Below, piece by piece: positions 1-9,411 of a stretch of DNA of 64,000 bases. The notes beneath the pieces were generated by a model. That model made no database searches. It worked only from the letters and a program-made list of their open reading frames with translations, and was not told the origin of the DNA. The stretch's first letter is position 1. The number at the start of each line of letters is the position of its first letter. The position numbers were made by a program, and so were the translations under genes. This DNA is from a virus: IMG/VR virus record IMGVR_UViG_3300027365_000011, positions 19,478 to 83,477 of that record; one strand, 5' to 3'.

Positions 1-1
1 C

Positions 2-175
2 AACCACGGCGATGCCGGCTATGTCGCGGCCGACGCCATCACCGCGGTGCCGTTCAAGCACCCGGTCGGCACCGACCTGCGCCACCGCGACACCCTCTAT
101 GAGCTGGCGTACCGGACCATCCACCCCTACAACGGCCGGGCCTGGTTCCGCCGCCTCAAGTTCGTCAAGGCATAA
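2..175 (+). CDS. Major capsid protein, C-terminal end (partial; P1 gp23-like)
   Basis: Frame 2 reads ...AADAITAVPFKHPVGTDLRHRDTLYELAYRTIHPYNGRAWFRRLKFVKA*, resembling the P1 gp23 C-terminus; lies upstream of the sheath gene as in P1. Not in the ORF track. Confidence 0.75.
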   Translation, partial: NHGDAGYVAADAITAVPFKHPVGTDLRHRDTLYELAYRTIHPYNGRAWFRRLKFVKA

Positions 176-230
176 CCCTCTCGACACGCCGGCCCGCCAG
201 GGCCGGCCCTGACGCAAGGACCAGGCAGCT

Positions 231-599
231 ATGACGCAGACCACTATCGAGATCCACAACCCCACCGGCTCCAGTGTCACCTACCTGAGCCGTGGGGTCC
301 GCCTGCGCGCGCCGAGCGGCCGCAGCCGGCACATCGTCAGCCACGCGGATGCCGACCTGCTGCGCGACCATTTCAAGGCTTACGCGCCGCGCGTGACGGT
401 AACGGGCGTGCCAGCACCGGATGCTCCGGCCGAGACGGCAGACGCCGAGACGGACCCGGCCGAGGATGCCGCGGGCGACGACACCGAAACGACCCAGGCG
501 GACGACGCACAGGCCACCACTCGCAACACCGGCAGGGCACAGCGCGCCCGGCGTTCCGCCAAGGGCAAGACTTCCGGCGATGAAGGCGACAGCGCATGA
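231..599 (+). CDS. Hypothetical virion-associated protein
   Basis: AAGGA RBS, typical codon use, stop overlaps the sheath start (ATGA); acidic then basic low-complexity tail. Confidence 0.6.
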   Translation: MTQTTIEIHNPTGSSVTYLSRGVRLRAPSGRSRHIVSHADADLLRDHFKAYAPRVTVTGVPAPDAPAETADAETDPAEDAAGDDTETTQADDAQATTRNTGRAQRARRSAKGKTSGDEGDSA

Positions 600-2155
600 T
601 TAAGCAGACCATCACCAATGCGGCCGGCGTGAGCGTCCTGCCGCTGATCGACAACACCTACCGCACCTCGACCGGCGGCGTCGGCGTGGCGGCCTGTGCG
701 CTCGAAGCCCCCAAGGGGCCGGTCGGGCGCCCGGTCTATGTCACCGACGCCACCTGGCGCGACGTGTTCGGCAAGCCCTACCATCCCCGCGAGGGCGGCA
801 AGGCGGAAGGCCTGCGCCACCTGGGCGAAGCGGCCAAGGAATGCCAGGGCGTGCAAGTCATGCGCGTGCTGGCCGAGGATGCGCAGTTCCCGAGCATCAC
901 CTTCAACAGCGCCGGGTCCACCGAAGCTGTCACCACCGACGCCCATGCCTATGGCACCAGCCTGACCGCCGGCGCGGGCATCGCCCTGATCGTCTACCCC
1001 AAGGACGGCGATCCCTCGACCCGGCGCAAGCTCAACGTCAGCAAGGTCGACACCGACAAGCAGCGCGTCACCCTGCAGGTGCTCGAGCCCGACAGCCTGG
1101 GCGACGACCAGGTGGTCGAATCGCTGACCTTCGGCTTCGACCCCGACGACGTGGACGACATGGGCGCCCCGGCGTTCGTGGAAGCCGTGTTCGAGAACCA
1201 GTCCACGCGCCTCGAGGCCGTGCTGGGGCCGGACGCCAGCCTGGCGGATTTCACCGCCTCCAGCGCGCCGATTGCCTTCGCCGGCGGCACCAACGGCAGC
1301 GCCCCGACCGCGGCCGATTACATCGCCGCCTGGGACGCCTTCCGCGACATGCGGGTCGACCTGGACTTCATGTTCGCCGCCGGCACCTATGACGAGACCG
1401 TGCTGGGCAACGCCAAGGACATCGCCGATGGCCGCCTGGTGCAGTTCTACTATGACGCGCCGCCGACGATGCGCAACGCCGCGGCCGCCCAGTGGCTCAT
1501 GGATCTCGGCATCAGCTCCCGCCAGATTCAGGCCGCCCACGGCGCCTACAGCTTCATCGACCCCTACTACGGCGGCCGCGCGGTGTGGGGCTATTCCGGG
1601 GCCATGGCCGCAGCGCGGGCACGCAGCAACGCCCGCGTTACCGGCAACGTGCCGGGCGTGCATTACTCGCTGGCCGGCACCAAGCGTGGCTATGTCGATC
1701 GCCGCGGCGCACGCCCCCTGTACGGCGACGACCCGCTCAACAAGGAAGCCCTCTATGACGCGCGGCTCAACCCGATCCTCGCCAACGCGGGCGGCTCCGG
1801 GGTCATCATCGGTGACGACCTGACCACCCACTACGAGGAAAACTACAGCCGCTTCGGCTGGGTCACGAGCATTTCCAACTACATCACCCAGCGCTTCCTG
1901 CTGGCGGCGGCCGCGGCCAAGTTCGAGCCGGACGGCCTGACGCGCGAACTCCTTCACGACCTTCTCAGCGAGATCATGGAGGAAATGGTCACGGCCGGCG
2001 CCCTGGTGCCGCCGCGCAATCCCGAGGTGGACGGCACGTCGCCCTACATTCTCACCATCGAACAGCTCGAAATCGACCTGTGGAAAGCGACTTGGGAAAT
2101 CTGCCCGACCGGGGCGGCCCGTCGCATCGCCGGCCAGCCGGCGCTTATCAAGTAA
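596..2155 (+). CDS. Contractile tail sheath protein (P1 gp22-like)
   Basis: 519 aa; sheath-type motifs (KGPVGRP, FAGGTNG, LYDARLNP, C-terminal PTGAARRIAGQPALIK); synteny. Confidence 0.85.
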   Translation: MIKQTITNAAGVSVLPLIDNTYRTSTGGVGVAACALEAPKGPVGRPVYVTDATWRDVFGKPYHPREGGKAEGLRHLGEAAKECQGVQVMRVLAEDAQFPSITFNSAGSTEAVTTDAHAYGTSLTAGAGIALIVYPKDGDPSTRRKLNVSKVDTDKQRVTLQVLEPDSLGDDQVVESLTFGFDPDDVDDMGAPAFVEAVFENQSTRLEAVLGPDASLADFTASSAPIAFAGGTNGSAPTAADYIAAWDAFRDMRVDLDFMFAAGTYDETVLGNAKDIADGRLVQFYYDAPPTMRNAAAAQWLMDLGISSRQIQAAHGAYSFIDPYYGGRAVWGYSGAMAAARARSNARVTGNVPGVHYSLAGTKRGYVDRRGARPLYGDDPLNKEALYDARLNPILANAGGSGVIIGDDLTTHYEENYSRFGWVTSISNYITQRFLLAAAAAKFEPDGLTRELLHDLLSEIMEEMVTAGALVPPRNPEVDGTSPYILTIEQLEIDLWKATWEICPTGAARRIAGQPALIK

Positions 2156-2167
2156 CGGAGACCGATC

Positions 2168-2851
2168 ATGCACAACCTGCTGCTGGGGAGCGCCGATGCC
2201 GACGTGTTCGGCGACTTCCGCCCCGGGAATCACCCGGTGCTCGAAAGCGCCGGGCAGCCGCGCAGCGACAGCGAGATGGATGCCCTCATCCTCGAGGCGG
2301 CCGAAACCCAGCTTCGCGCCGCCGCCATGGGCGCGGCGCTGACCTGGATCGACGACGGCGACTGGACCGCCGACACCCTGGACGCCCTCGCCCAAGGGCT
2401 CTCCGCCGGTGACGAGGGTGATGAAGACGACGAAGGCGACATGAGCGATGACGAACAGGCGGAGTACGACGCCCTGCTCGACACGCTCGGCGACGCCTTC
2501 GTCTACCTCGGCGCCGATGAAGACAACGTGGAGCAGGCGATCAACGGCGACGACGACGCCTGCCAGCTACTCGGGCAGCGGCTGTCCGACCGCCTGGACG
2601 AAACGACTCAGGATGACGATGACCTGGTGAGCGAGTTTTCCGTGGGCGGCACGCTGGTCATGGAGAGTCTCAAGAAAGTCATTCGCGACGGCGAAGTGAA
2701 GTGGGTCCGCAAGAAGAAGCGCCGCCGCAAGAAGCGTCTGACCGCGAAGCAGCGGGCCGCGCTCAAGAAGGCGCGCCGCAAGTCCAACAACGCGGCCGCC
2801 AAGCGCTCTCGCAAGCGCTCCATGCGCCGCCGCCGGCAGATGGGGCTGTAA
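2168..2851 (+). CDS. P1 gp21-like virion protein with very basic C-terminus
   Basis: Acidic body plus KKVIRDGEVKWVRKKKRRRKKRLTAKQRAALKKARRK tail as in P1 gp21; follows the sheath gene. Confidence 0.75.
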   Translation: MHNLLLGSADADVFGDFRPGNHPVLESAGQPRSDSEMDALILEAAETQLRAAAMGAALTWIDDGDWTADTLDALAQGLSAGDEGDEDDEGDMSDDEQAEYDALLDTLGDAFVYLGADEDNVEQAINGDDDACQLLGQRLSDRLDETTQDDDDLVSEFSVGGTLVMESLKKVIRDGEVKWVRKKKRRRKKRLTAKQRAALKKARRKSNNAAAKRSRKRSMRRRRQMGL

Positions 2852-2854
2852 GCC

Positions 2855-3430
2855 ATGTCATCGCGTGTCGGCAACAACGACTCGGAACTGTCCGATCATC
2901 TTAAGGCCTTCATCCAGACCCGGGATGCCCTGGTGGTGGGGATCATCGGCGAGGGCTCGAGCCGTGAGCTGACCGCGATGTGGGAAGCGCCGTTCGAGAA
3001 CGAGACGCCCGGGGCGATGCTCTCCAAGACCTCCGGGCTGGCGCAGATGGGCACGGACACGACCTCGAAGACCAAGCTCAACACCACCCAGGTATGGTCC
3101 GGCACCATGCCGCTGGTGTTTTCCCTGGTCCTCGAGCTGTACGCCATCCATGACGCCTACGCCGAAGTGCAGGCCGCCGTGGTGGAGCTGGAAAAGGCCG
3201 CCTCGCCCGAGCTCAACGGCGCGACCCCCATGGGGCGCATCCCCGAGAAGACGATCGCGCTCAACGCCGGGCGCCAGATCATCTACCCGGAGTGCGTCAT
3301 CACCAGTATCAGCCGACAACTCGACGGGCCGATCAGCCACGAAGGCTACCCGCTCCAGGGCCAACTGACCCTGCAGCTCGAGACGGTCGGCACCGTCAAT
3401 CGCTCAGACATACCCAGCACCTTCGGGTAA
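2855..3430 (+). CDS. pmgG: Baseplate/tail-tube initiator (P1 PmgG-like)
   Basis: 191 aa; WEAPFE and VWSG motifs; P1 gene order 21-pmgG-bplB. Confidence 0.65.
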   Translation: MSSRVGNNDSELSDHLKAFIQTRDALVVGIIGEGSSRELTAMWEAPFENETPGAMLSKTSGLAQMGTDTTSKTKLNTTQVWSGTMPLVFSLVLELYAIHDAYAEVQAAVVELEKAASPELNGATPMGRIPEKTIALNAGRQIIYPECVITSISRQLDGPISHEGYPLQGQLTLQLETVGTVNRSDIPSTFG

Positions 3431-3441
3431 AGGAGACCCAC

Positions 3442-3948
3442 ATGGCAAAGATCACCGGGGCGTCCGGCAACACCGAGCTGTTCCAGAAGTCCTACAACAC
3501 GCATGTCGCCAAGGGCGAAGGCCTCATCGGCACCGACTTCCTGCTCGAGATCGAGGGGTTCGAGGATAACGCCACGCTGATTCAGGCCGCCCAGCTCCCG
3601 CCGCTGATGCGCGAGATGATCGAGTCCTACGGCCCGATGGGCGTGCGCGTGCTCCAGCAGGGCAACTACAACAACGCCGCCGAGATCCCGATCACCTTCA
3701 AGGAGGTCATCAAGGGCGACGTGTACAAGATGGTCCGCGATTGGGTCGTCAACAAGCGTTACCTGCGCTGCCGGCTCAAGGCCACCCCGGAGTCGATGAA
3801 CGGCAAGGGCGCCAGCGCCCACAACTTCACCATGCACGACTGCTGGCTGAGCCTCGATGGCGTCGACCTGTCGGTCGAGGACCGTGCCGCCCTGGTCAAG
3901 CCGGCCGGCACGCTCTACGCCAACTACATCGAGCCCGAAGTCGCATAA
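3442..3948 (+). CDS. bplB: Tail tube protein (P1 BplB-like)
   Basis: AGGAG RBS before ATG 3442; AKGEGLIG...YGPMGV...KATPES...DLSVED match recalled BplB motifs. Confidence 0.75.
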   Translation: MAKITGASGNTELFQKSYNTHVAKGEGLIGTDFLLEIEGFEDNATLIQAAQLPPLMREMIESYGPMGVRVLQQGNYNNAAEIPITFKEVIKGDVYKMVRDWVVNKRYLRCRLKATPESMNGKGASAHNFTMHDCWLSLDGVDLSVEDRAALVKPAGTLYANYIEPEVA

Positions 3949-3957
3949 GGAGCCCCC

Positions 3958-4527
3958 ATGACCCCGCTGGACCTGCTGGACGACGTGAAAGCCCGCTTCC
4001 CGCTGCTGCTGGTGCAGGACACCGGCCAGCAGCAGCGCCTGCTGCGCCTGGCGCTTCGCACCTACCAGGACAAGGCGGGGCATATCGCGGCGCTGCGTCT
4101 CGACGGCTCGAGCCTGGCGGCCGATCCCGTCGTCACCGCCCCGCCGCACGCCCTCGCCCCGATCGGGGGCGTGGACGCGCGCGGCAAGACCGTGTTTCTC
4201 CACGAACAGGATAGTGTCAGCGGCCCGCAATGGGCGCTGGCACTGGATGCGACCCATGAGCCGCCCTTCACCCTGCGCTACTTCTTCGACTTCGCCGGCC
4301 TGGACCTCGCCGCCGACTCCCTGCCGCACGGCACGGTGGGCCTGATTGGCGACTACCTGTATGCCCTGCTGGACATTCTTAACACCCAGCGCCAGCGCCA
4401 GGTTAACCAGGCCAGCGAGATCCCCGCAGACCACCTGCGCGGCGACGCCGAGCTGCTGCAAGCCAAGGAGAACGTCGAGCTGGCCATGCAGGAGCAACAA
4501 GCCATCATCCCGAGCATCATGGCCTAA
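3958..4527 (+). CDS. pmgC: Head-tail adaptor (P1 PmgC-like)
   Basis: MTPLDLLDDVKARF...ALRTYQDKAGHI...AIIP matches the P1-family protein that precedes tub. Confidence 0.65.
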   Translation: MTPLDLLDDVKARFPLLLVQDTGQQQRLLRLALRTYQDKAGHIAALRLDGSSLAADPVVTAPPHALAPIGGVDARGKTVFLHEQDSVSGPQWALALDATHEPPFTLRYFFDFAGLDLAADSLPHGTVGLIGDYLYALLDILNTQRQRQVNQASEIPADHLRGDAELLQAKENVELAMQEQQAIIPSIMA

Positions 4528-4529
4528 AC

Positions 4530-5093
4530 ATGGCACTGACCCGACCGCCCCGAGCCGGCACGCCGCGCTCCACGCCCCGCCGCTACGGCGACTCCAACCT
4601 GTCGGCGATGAAGGCCCTCTCGAAGCGGATGGTCAATACGCACTTCCGCGAAGGCTGGCAGTACCGGGTCGAGATCGAGGAGGCCCCGGCCGACTGGGAG
4701 CTGTACTGCAAGGGCGTGTCGTTCACGCCGATCGAGCTGGAGTCCGCCGAGCAGCGGGTCGGCGCCCACTACCTCAACTACCTCAACGGCATCCGCCCGG
4801 TGGCGGTATCGATGACGATGCGGGACAACCAGGACGGGCGCATTGTCGACTGGTTCGAGGCCTGGACGGCGAAAATCGTCTCCCCGGCGGGCACCTGGAG
4901 CCTGCCGGCCGATTACCTGCGCACCCTGCGCCTGTTCCGGCTCGACTACAACGGCGGCGCCACGCTGTACAAGGAGCTGCGCGTCCAGCCGCAAATGTGC
5001 GGCGAGCTGACCGAATCCGTGGAGCCCGGCGGCGGGCTGCTGGAGTTCCCGCTGACGGTCCAGGAGTTCCGCGGCTTCGGCAAGCACTACTGA
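4530..5093 (+). CDS. tub: Tail-tube-like baseplate protein (P1 Tub-like)
   Basis: GWQYRVEI...GTWSLPADY...FPLT motifs; order pmgC-tub-pmgB-sit. Confidence 0.65.
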   Translation: MALTRPPRAGTPRSTPRRYGDSNLSAMKALSKRMVNTHFREGWQYRVEIEEAPADWELYCKGVSFTPIELESAEQRVGAHYLNYLNGIRPVAVSMTMRDNQDGRIVDWFEAWTAKIVSPAGTWSLPADYLRTLRLFRLDYNGGATLYKELRVQPQMCGELTESVEPGGGLLEFPLTVQEFRGFGKHY

Positions 5094-5094
5094 C

Positions 5095-5135
5095 TTTCCT
5101 ATCGAGTAACAGTCCGTTACCTCAGATGATAGAAT
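5095..5135 (+). promoter_or_regulatory. Promoter/operator ahead of pmgB-sit
   Basis: TTTCCTATCGAGTAA box, then GTTACC half-site and TAGAAT -10-like hexamer in an AT-richer gap. Confidence 0.5.
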
Positions 5136-5155
5136 CGGCACCATGACACCGCCTC

Positions 5156-5947
5156 ATGGAGCCGCCCATGTCGATCCCCCCTTTCAACCTGCCCTCGGAC
5201 CCCGGCACGACCGTTCACCTGCGCGAAGCGACCGTGGCGGACTGCGAACAGTTTGCCGACACCGAGCCGGGTCACACCGAGCGCGTGGCCAGCACCGTGC
5301 TCAACACCCTGCAGGCCGATCCGGCGGCCTTCACCGATGCCCGCGACTGGACGGCCGACGATCGCATCCTGGCGGCGTTCTGGTATCACGCCCACACCGC
5401 GACGGATACCAGCATCCACCTTCCCTACGGCTGCCCGCACTGTGGCGATGAGCATGACGCCCTGATCCACCTCAACGACCTGGCGGCCGGCTACCGGGCC
5501 ATTCAGGGGCGGGCCTACCGGAACATCGAGCACGACGGCCAGACGCTGGAGGTGCGCCCCCTGGACGGCCACGCCATGGAGGAGATCGAGCAGCTTCGGA
5601 GCGAGGCCGGCGAGCCGGGCACCGCCGATTACGAACGCATCATGGCGCTGATCGAGCGCCACCGGATCGTCGCCGCCCTGACCCCGCCCGACTACCAGGG
5701 CGTTAGAGACTCACGCATTGCCGACATGGAGCGCGTCGTGCGCGGGCTGACCCTGAGCCGCTTCGAGGCCTTGCGCGAAAGCGTCGAGGCCGCCTGGCGT
5801 GACATGGCCCACGGGCTGGAGACGGAGCTGGTCGATGGCGAGTGCCTGCTACTCACGCCGCCGGTGAACTGCGACCAGGAGGCCGGGCACAACACCCGGC
5901 TCAGGTTTCCGGTTCGGTGGGGCGACTATCTTCCGCGACTACGGTAA
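5156..5947 (+). CDS. pmgB: Tail assembly chaperone-like protein (P1 PmgB-like)
   Basis: CPHCG Zn motif, WTADDR; directly upstream of the tape-measure gene. Confidence 0.7.
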   Translation: MEPPMSIPPFNLPSDPGTTVHLREATVADCEQFADTEPGHTERVASTVLNTLQADPAAFTDARDWTADDRILAAFWYHAHTATDTSIHLPYGCPHCGDEHDALIHLNDLAAGYRAIQGRAYRNIEHDGQTLEVRPLDGHAMEEIEQLRSEAGEPGTADYERIMALIERHRIVAALTPPDYQGVRDSRIADMERVVRGLTLSRFEALRESVEAAWRDMAHGLETELVDGECLLLTPPVNCDQEAGHNTRLRFPVRWGDYLPRLR

Positions 5948-6095
5948 GAGCGCATGGCTGACGATCATCAACAACCTGGCCCTGTGGGCGAATCAGGACG
6001 CGGCGAGCGTGCTGGCGCTGCCCAAGACGACCGCCCTGAACCTCGAGCGCGGCCTGCACAAGAAGCTCAAGGAAATGGAAAAGGCGCACCGGTAG
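5931..6095 (+). CDS. Putative +1-frame extension of PmgB (FRDYGKSAWLTIINNLALWANQDAASVLALPKTTALNLERGLHKKLKEMEKAHR)
   Basis: Open +1 frame overlapping the pmgB stop, strongly host-like codons, no start codon at its 5' end. Confidence 0.55.
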   Translation, partial: FRDYGKSAWLTIINNLALWANQDAASVLALPKTTALNLERGLHKKLKEMEKAHR

Positions 6096-9040
6096 TCACA
6101 CCGATCGATCTGTCGCCGTTGGACCCGGCGCGCAACGGCGTGCTCGAGGCCCTGGGGCGCATCGAGCGCAACACCGCCGGCACGCGCCAGGCCGTCCGGC
6201 GTGACGGCGCGACAACGGCTCGGGCCGAGCCTCGCCGGGATGCCCGAGGACGTTTCGTGGCGGACGGGGGGCAAGGCAGCCTGCGCCAGCAGATTACCCG
6301 CGTCCGACGCATCGAACGCAGCGTGGAGCGCTCCCTGCCCGATCGGCCCGCGCCGGCCCCCGCCGAACGTCGAGCCCCCGGCGTGCCGACGACAGAACGG
6401 GGCGCGCCCCCGGCGATAGATACCCGCCCTGCCCCGCGGCGGCGCTCCCCGGCATCCACGTCGGGCACCGATGACACGCCCCAGGCCGCGGCCAAAGCCG
6501 CCGCCCGAGCCACGGCGGAGGCCACCACCCAGGCGGAGTCCGCGCCGGCCGGGCGGGACGTGGATGCCCCGCGACAGGACCAGGCGACGGGCAATGACGC
6601 CCCCGCACGCGAGCGCACCGCCCCCGTGCTGACACCCGCCCAGTTGCGCGCGCTGGCGTTGCGCGATGACAGCGGCCGGTTCCTGTCCCGCGAGGAAAAG
6701 GACCGCATGAGCCCGGCGGAGCTGGCCCAGGCCCGGTTGCGCGAGCAGCGCGACGCCGCCGGCGAGGACAAGCGGGACGGCGACCCGACGCTGCTGAACC
6801 GGACGCTCAAGCTGATCGGCGACAACCTGACCGATGACGGCGATGCCACGGATGCCGCCGGCACCGCGGTCGGTAATGCGTTCTATTCCTCGGCCAAGGA
6901 GTTGGGACAGGCGTACCAGGAGCTGACCGGCGAGGACTCCAACGCCCGCAAGGCCTATGAGTGGGTCCGCAACAAGCGGGCCGCCAGGGCGGGGGCTTCC
7001 GGGCAAGAGGGTTCACGCGGCACGGCCGAGGCGATCGCCGATGCCGACGCCAACCAGGCCCGGCGCGCCGACAACGCGCGGGACGCCCGCCAGGACGACC
7101 AGGAAGCGCGGCAGGCCGCCCGGGTCGAGCAGACCGACGCCCTGACCGACCAGGCCGACGACCGCCACGACGAGACGCTGGAGGCGACCGAATCGCAGAC
7201 CGAGGCGATCGAGGATGGCCTGGATGACGTGGTGGACGCCATCGAGCGCATTCCCCCGCCCGGCGGTGGCGGCGGCGGGTTCTCGCCGCTGGACATGCTG
7301 CGCGGCCGGGAGCGCGGCGGCCGATCGCCGCGGACACGCCCCGGTCGCGGTGGTCGACTGGGCCGGCTGTGGGAGGGGGTTCGCTCGCGCCTGCCCGGGC
7401 TGGGCGGAGCCGCAGCCGAAGCGGCCAGCGGCGGCGGTGCCGCCGGCTGGGGGAGCAAGCTGCTGGCCGGGGGCTCACGCCTGGCCGGGGCCGCAGCGGT
7501 TCCGTTGACGGCCCTGCTGGCCTTCCAGGGCACCAAGGACTCGCTGGGCGACAACCTCAGCGACGGCCAGAAGAACGTCGTCGCCGGCAGCGCGGCGGTG
7601 GGATCGGGCGGCGGTGCCCTGGCCGGGGCTGGCGCCGGTGCAGTGGCCGGGGCCGCCATGGGCTCCGTGGTCCCCGTGCTGGGGACCGGCATCGGTGGCG
7701 TGCTGGGCGGGCTGATCGGCGGCGCCCTGGGGGCCTGGGGCGGCGAGGAAGCCGGCAAGAAGGTCGGCGAGGCCGTGGCCGGCACCATGGACCAGGTGAA
7801 GGACGCCGCCGAGGACACCCTGGACGACCAGGAGAAAGAGCGAGCGCGGCAGGATGGCGGCGCCCGCTGGTACAACCCGCTGTCGTGGTTTTCCGGCCAG
7901 CCGGCCAGCACGCCGACCCGTTCGGCCAGCACCCCGGCCGGGGCATCCGGCGGCCGCGACGAAACGCTGCTGGAAAGCGACGAGCTGGGGCGCGTGTCCG
8001 AGAAGTACGAGTCGGGCGGCCGCGGCGTCGGCACGGTGTCCAGCGGCATCGGGGATGCCGGCGGCGTGTCCTACGGGGAGCACCAGCTTGCCTCGAGGAC
8101 CGGCACCATGCAGGCGTTTCTCGACAGCAAGGAAGGCGAGCCCTACCGCGCCGAGTTCAAGGGGATGCGCGCCGGGTCCGAGGCGTTCAGCAGCAAGTAC
8201 CGCGAGATCGCCCAGCGTGACCCCGAGGGCTTCGAGAAGGCCCAGCAGGACTACATCACCCGCACCCACTACAAGCCGGTGGAGGCGATCGCCAAGGATG
8301 CGGGGATGGACACCAGCAGCGAGGCGATCCAGGAGGCCCTGTACTCGCAGTCGGTCCAGCATAGCCGCCAGGGCAACCGCATCATCATCGAGAATGCGGT
8401 GGAGAAGGCCGGCAAGGACGCCAGCGAGGAGGAGATGGTCAACGCCATCTATGACGCCCGCACGGACTATGCCAGCCGCTACGCCAGCGCGTCGGCCACC
8501 ACCGACCGCTACCGTCGCGAGCGCCGGGACGTGCTGGCCATCGCCGGCGAGGACGACACCCCGGGCGAAACGCCCACCGTGGATGAGTCCGCCGCCCTGG
8601 CCGCCGCCGGGCAGGCCCCGACCAGCGACACGCCCGCGCGCGAGCCGCGAGTCGGCCGGCGCACCACCGCCACCATCGCCGCGGCGACCACCGATGTCAC
8701 CACACCCACCGCGGCGCGCGCCACGGCGTCCGAAGGCTCACGGGCGACCGCCCGCGCCACCCGCCTACCCGAGCCCACCACGGAGCCGGTGGACGATCGC
8801 CAGGCCGCCAAGGCCCTGCATCCGGCGCCGAAGGCCGACGAGTCGTCGCCCTCGTCGCCGCGGCGCAGCCGCCCCGCCCCATCGCCGCAACCGCCGGCCG
8901 TGGCCGCCCGCGATGGCCGTGACGGCAAGGACGGCAGCACCGGCCGCAACGGCAAGGATCGCAAGAGCGAGGGGCTGCGCGACGTGGCCATGGAGTTCGA
9001 TGACACCACGCTGACGCTGATGGCTTACGACAGGGTTTGA
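5954..9040 (+). CDS. sit: Tape-measure protein with muralytic domain (P1 Sit-like)
   Basis: 1028 aa; Gly/Ala-rich membrane segment; lysozyme-like domain LGRVSEKYESGGRG...GGVSYG; start codon uncertain. Confidence 0.8.
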   Translation: MADDHQQPGPVGESGRGERAGAAQDDRPEPRARPAQEAQGNGKGAPVVTPIDLSPLDPARNGVLEALGRIERNTAGTRQAVRRDGATTARAEPRRDARGRFVADGGQGSLRQQITRVRRIERSVERSLPDRPAPAPAERRAPGVPTTERGAPPAIDTRPAPRRRSPASTSGTDDTPQAAAKAAARATAEATTQAESAPAGRDVDAPRQDQATGNDAPARERTAPVLTPAQLRALALRDDSGRFLSREEKDRMSPAELAQARLREQRDAAGEDKRDGDPTLLNRTLKLIGDNLTDDGDATDAAGTAVGNAFYSSAKELGQAYQELTGEDSNARKAYEWVRNKRAARAGASGQEGSRGTAEAIADADANQARRADNARDARQDDQEARQAARVEQTDALTDQADDRHDETLEATESQTEAIEDGLDDVVDAIERIPPPGGGGGGFSPLDMLRGRERGGRSPRTRPGRGGRLGRLWEGVRSRLPGLGGAAAEAASGGGAAGWGSKLLAGGSRLAGAAAVPLTALLAFQGTKDSLGDNLSDGQKNVVAGSAAVGSGGGALAGAGAGAVAGAAMGSVVPVLGTGIGGVLGGLIGGALGAWGGEEAGKKVGEAVAGTMDQVKDAAEDTLDDQEKERARQDGGARWYNPLSWFSGQPASTPTRSASTPAGASGGRDETLLESDELGRVSEKYESGGRGVGTVSSGIGDAGGVSYGEHQLASRTGTMQAFLDSKEGEPYRAEFKGMRAGSEAFSSKYREIAQRDPEGFEKAQQDYITRTHYKPVEAIAKDAGMDTSSEAIQEALYSQSVQHSRQGNRIIIENAVEKAGKDASEEEMVNAIYDARTDYASRYASASATTDRYRRERRDVLAIAGEDDTPGETPTVDESAALAAAGQAPTSDTPAREPRVGRRTTATIAAATTDVTTPTAARATASEGSRATARATRLPEPTTEPVDDRQAAKALHPAPKADESSPSSPRRSRPAPSPQPPAVAARDGRDGKDGSTGRNGKDRKSEGLRDVAMEFDDTTLTLMAYDRV

Positions 9041-9042
9041 GC

Positions 9043-9411
9043 ATGTACGACGAATTGGACCACTACCTGGCCATGGATACGGCCGGGATCAAGCAATACG
9101 CCGGAGGCGCGGGACTCAACAACCGCATCCACGACTGGCTGGCCACCCCCGAGGGAACGGTGGCGGACGATCCGGGCTGGGGGCATCCGCTGCGCCCCCT
9201 GTGGCACGACCCGCAATCCCCAACCCTGTCGCTGCAGATCGAAATGGCCATCGTGCGCAAGCTGCCCGCGGACGTGCGCGACGTGCGCATCCGTCGGATC
9301 GGCGTAGCGTTCACGGCCATCGACCGCTGCGCGGTGGAGGTCGTTCACGACCTGGGCACCTACCAAGACGAGATCACGCTGGGAGAGGACGCATCCCGTG
9401 GCACTATCTGA
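9043..9411 (+). CDS. pmgA: Baseplate gp25-like protein (P1 PmgA-like)
   Basis: WLATPEGTVADDPGWGH motif; lies between sit and bplA. Confidence 0.75.
   Translation: MYDELDHYLAMDTAGIKQYAGGAGLNNRIHDWLATPEGTVADDPGWGHPLRPLWHDPQSPTLSLQIEMAIVRKLPADVRDVRIRRIGVAFTAIDRCAVEVVHDLGTYQDEITLGEDASRGTI

Noticed and set aside
2668-2851. Protamine-like Arg/Lys tail as a novel feature
   Set aside because: It matches the C-terminus expected for P1 gp21-family proteins.
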